Below, one piece after another: positions 62,859 through 64,000 of a DNA stretch of 64,000 nucleotides (position 1 is its first letter; each line of letters begins with the position of its first letter). The stretch is taken from the NCBI GenBank assembly GCA_026004395.1, contig BPJB01000001.1:649226-713225 (forward strand). Reading direction: 5' to 3'. The translations under genes were made by a program, and so were the position numbers. The notes under the pieces are model-generated. The model made no database searches and was not told the origin of the DNA. It was given only the letters and a program-made list of their open reading frames with translations. The stretch is from Patescibacteria group bacterium (GTDB taxonomy: Bacteria > Patescibacteriota > Microgenomatia > Levybacterales > UBA12049).

Positions 62859-63638
62859 TTATACACTACCATCATCATTAATTTTCTTCAAAAGCTGTAA
62901 AATATTTCTAAGTTCCGGAGGGAGTGGAGCCTCAAAAGTGAGAAGATTATTTGTCAGCGGATGATGAAAGGAGATACGATCTGCATGAAGAAACACTCGA
63001 GAAAGTAATTTTCTATCTTCACGCTGTGTTTTTCTACCAGCATAGAGAAAGTCAGCAAAAAGCGGATGACCTAGATACTGAAAATGTACTCTAATTTGGT
63101 GAGTCCTTCCGGTCACCGGATTAACTTCCAAAAGAGAAAGAATCTCCTTTTTTTTATTTGGTAACTGATAATAAGCTATTACTTTATACAAAGTTTTTGA
63201 TTCTCTACCCCCTGCCACTACTCCAAAATGTTTTCTCTTCCAAGGCAAACGTCCAACAGGAACATTAATCTCTCCTTCTTTTGGTACAACCTTACCATGT
63301 GCCAACGCACTATATGTTTTCTTTACTGTGCGAGCTTTAAATTGTGCTTGAAGAGCCATAAACGATTCAAGATTTTTGGCAATAAGCAAAATACCTGATG
63401 TTTCTTTATCTATACGATGAACTATCCCTGAACGACTAAAAAATGCTTTCTCACTATCAGAATCTTCTTCTACCTCTGATGGATATGATATCTTTTTTAT
63501 TCCAAGATACTCCTCTACCCAGTCTTGAAGAGTATATTCACTGCGTGTTGTTTCTGAGCGATTTACAGTCATGCCAGATGGTTTATTAATTACAAGAATA
63601 TGTTCATCTTCAAAAATAATTTGAGGTTTTCTGTCCAT
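62859..63638 (-). CDS. RluA-family pseudouridine synthase
   Basis: GIVHRIDKETSGILLIAK catalytic-Asp motif. Confidence 0.85.
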   Translation of the reverse strand: MDRKPQIIFEDEHILVINKPSGMTVNRSETTRSEYTLQDWVEEYLGIKKISYPSEVEEDSDSEKAFFSRSGIVHRIDKETSGILLIAKNLESFMALQAQFKARTVKKTYSALAHGKVVPKEGEINVPVGRLPWKRKHFGVVAGGRESKTLYKVIAYYQLPNKKKEILSLLEVNPVTGRTHQIRVHFQYLGHPLFADFLYAGRKTQREDRKLLSRVFLHADRISFHHPLTNNLLTFEAPLPPELRNILQLLKKINDDGSV

Positions 63639-63646
63639 AAAGGTAT

Positions 63647-63979
63647 TTATCTATCACGAAGCTGCAACTTAATGCGTATTTCTCCTTTTTCAAGAAGAAG
63701 CACCATGGCTAATGCAAAGAAAAACAAAATAAGAAGAAGAACATTTTCAATATTCAACCACATGGAATTAATATTCTCTGCACGCACAACATTTATCATT
63801 ATTGATGAAAATGAAAATACGAGTATAAATAAGAATCCAAGAGTCCCATCCTTAATCTCTCCTCGTATGTTAAGAGGAAGTAAAAGTTTTACAAAAAAAA
63901 TTAAAATTACCAAATAAAGAATCGGTAAAAAGATGCCCAAAAAATAATCTTCTATGCCATTTAACAACTGAACACCCAA
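63647..63979 (-). CDS. Membrane protein fragment (runs off the window edge)
   Basis: Hydrophobic ORF, partial. Confidence 0.3.
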   Translation of the reverse strand: MGVQLLNGIEDYFLGIFLPILYLVILIFFVKLLLPLNIRGEIKDGTLGFLFILVFSFSSIMINVVRAENINSMWLNIENVLLLILFFFALAMVLLLEKGEIRIKLQLRDR

Positions 63980-64000
63980 ATAACCAAAAGGCAGAGACGC

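Overview
This is an AT-rich, gene-dense bacterial chromosomal segment that reads with the standard genetic code. Genes are small and tightly packed, often with overlapping start and stop codons. By inference only, it looks like a reduced-genome, Patescibacteria/CPR-like organism.

Reading left to right:
- (a) A translation and RNA-processing block: an unannotated rpmF, then nusB and rnc, then rpsP, a KH-domain protein and trmD, with no rimM or rplS.
- (b) A type IV pilus (T4P) assembly locus on the minus strand: pilM, pilN and pilO, a PilX-like gene, seven consecutive prepilin genes with G|FTLIE-type signal motifs, and the prepilin peptidase pilD.
- (c) A glycosylation island of about 29 kb (10.9-39.4 kb). 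It holds GT2 and GT4 glycosyltransferases, an Arn-like amino-sugar module (DegT aminotransferase, epimerase/dehydratase, SAM methyltransferase, polyprenol-P GT2, GT-C membrane transferase), a Wzx-type flippase, three further GT-C/PMT-like membrane proteins, an FkbM methyltransferase and an O-antigen-ligase (Wzy_C) family protein. Embedded in it are a stand-alone major-pilin candidate fused in an operon with a DUF2723/TPR O-mannosyltransferase-like gene, two tandem paralogous GAF histidine kinases, an orphan receiver domain and a His-less kinase-like membrane protein.
- (d) A tRNA-Thr(CGU), then the T4P motor genes pilC, pilT and pilB.
- (e) Housekeeping genes: holB, gyrB, ppa, gyrA and folD.
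- (f) A block of hypothetical proteins around a XerC/D-type recombinase, a transaldolase, and an 870-bp ORF-free gap.
- (g) yebC, a TPR protein, an LCP-family protein preceded by an unannotated small ORF with a strong Shine-Dalgarno sequence, and rluA.

No CRISPR array, rRNA gene or recognisable transposase was found.

The most interesting signal is the physical coupling of the T4P/pilin repertoire with a large protein-glycosylation-like island, and in particular a pilin gene lying 10 nt upstream of the O-mannosyltransferase-like gene. Secondary signals are the histidine-kinase gene-conversion tract and a duplicated palindromic operator-like element.
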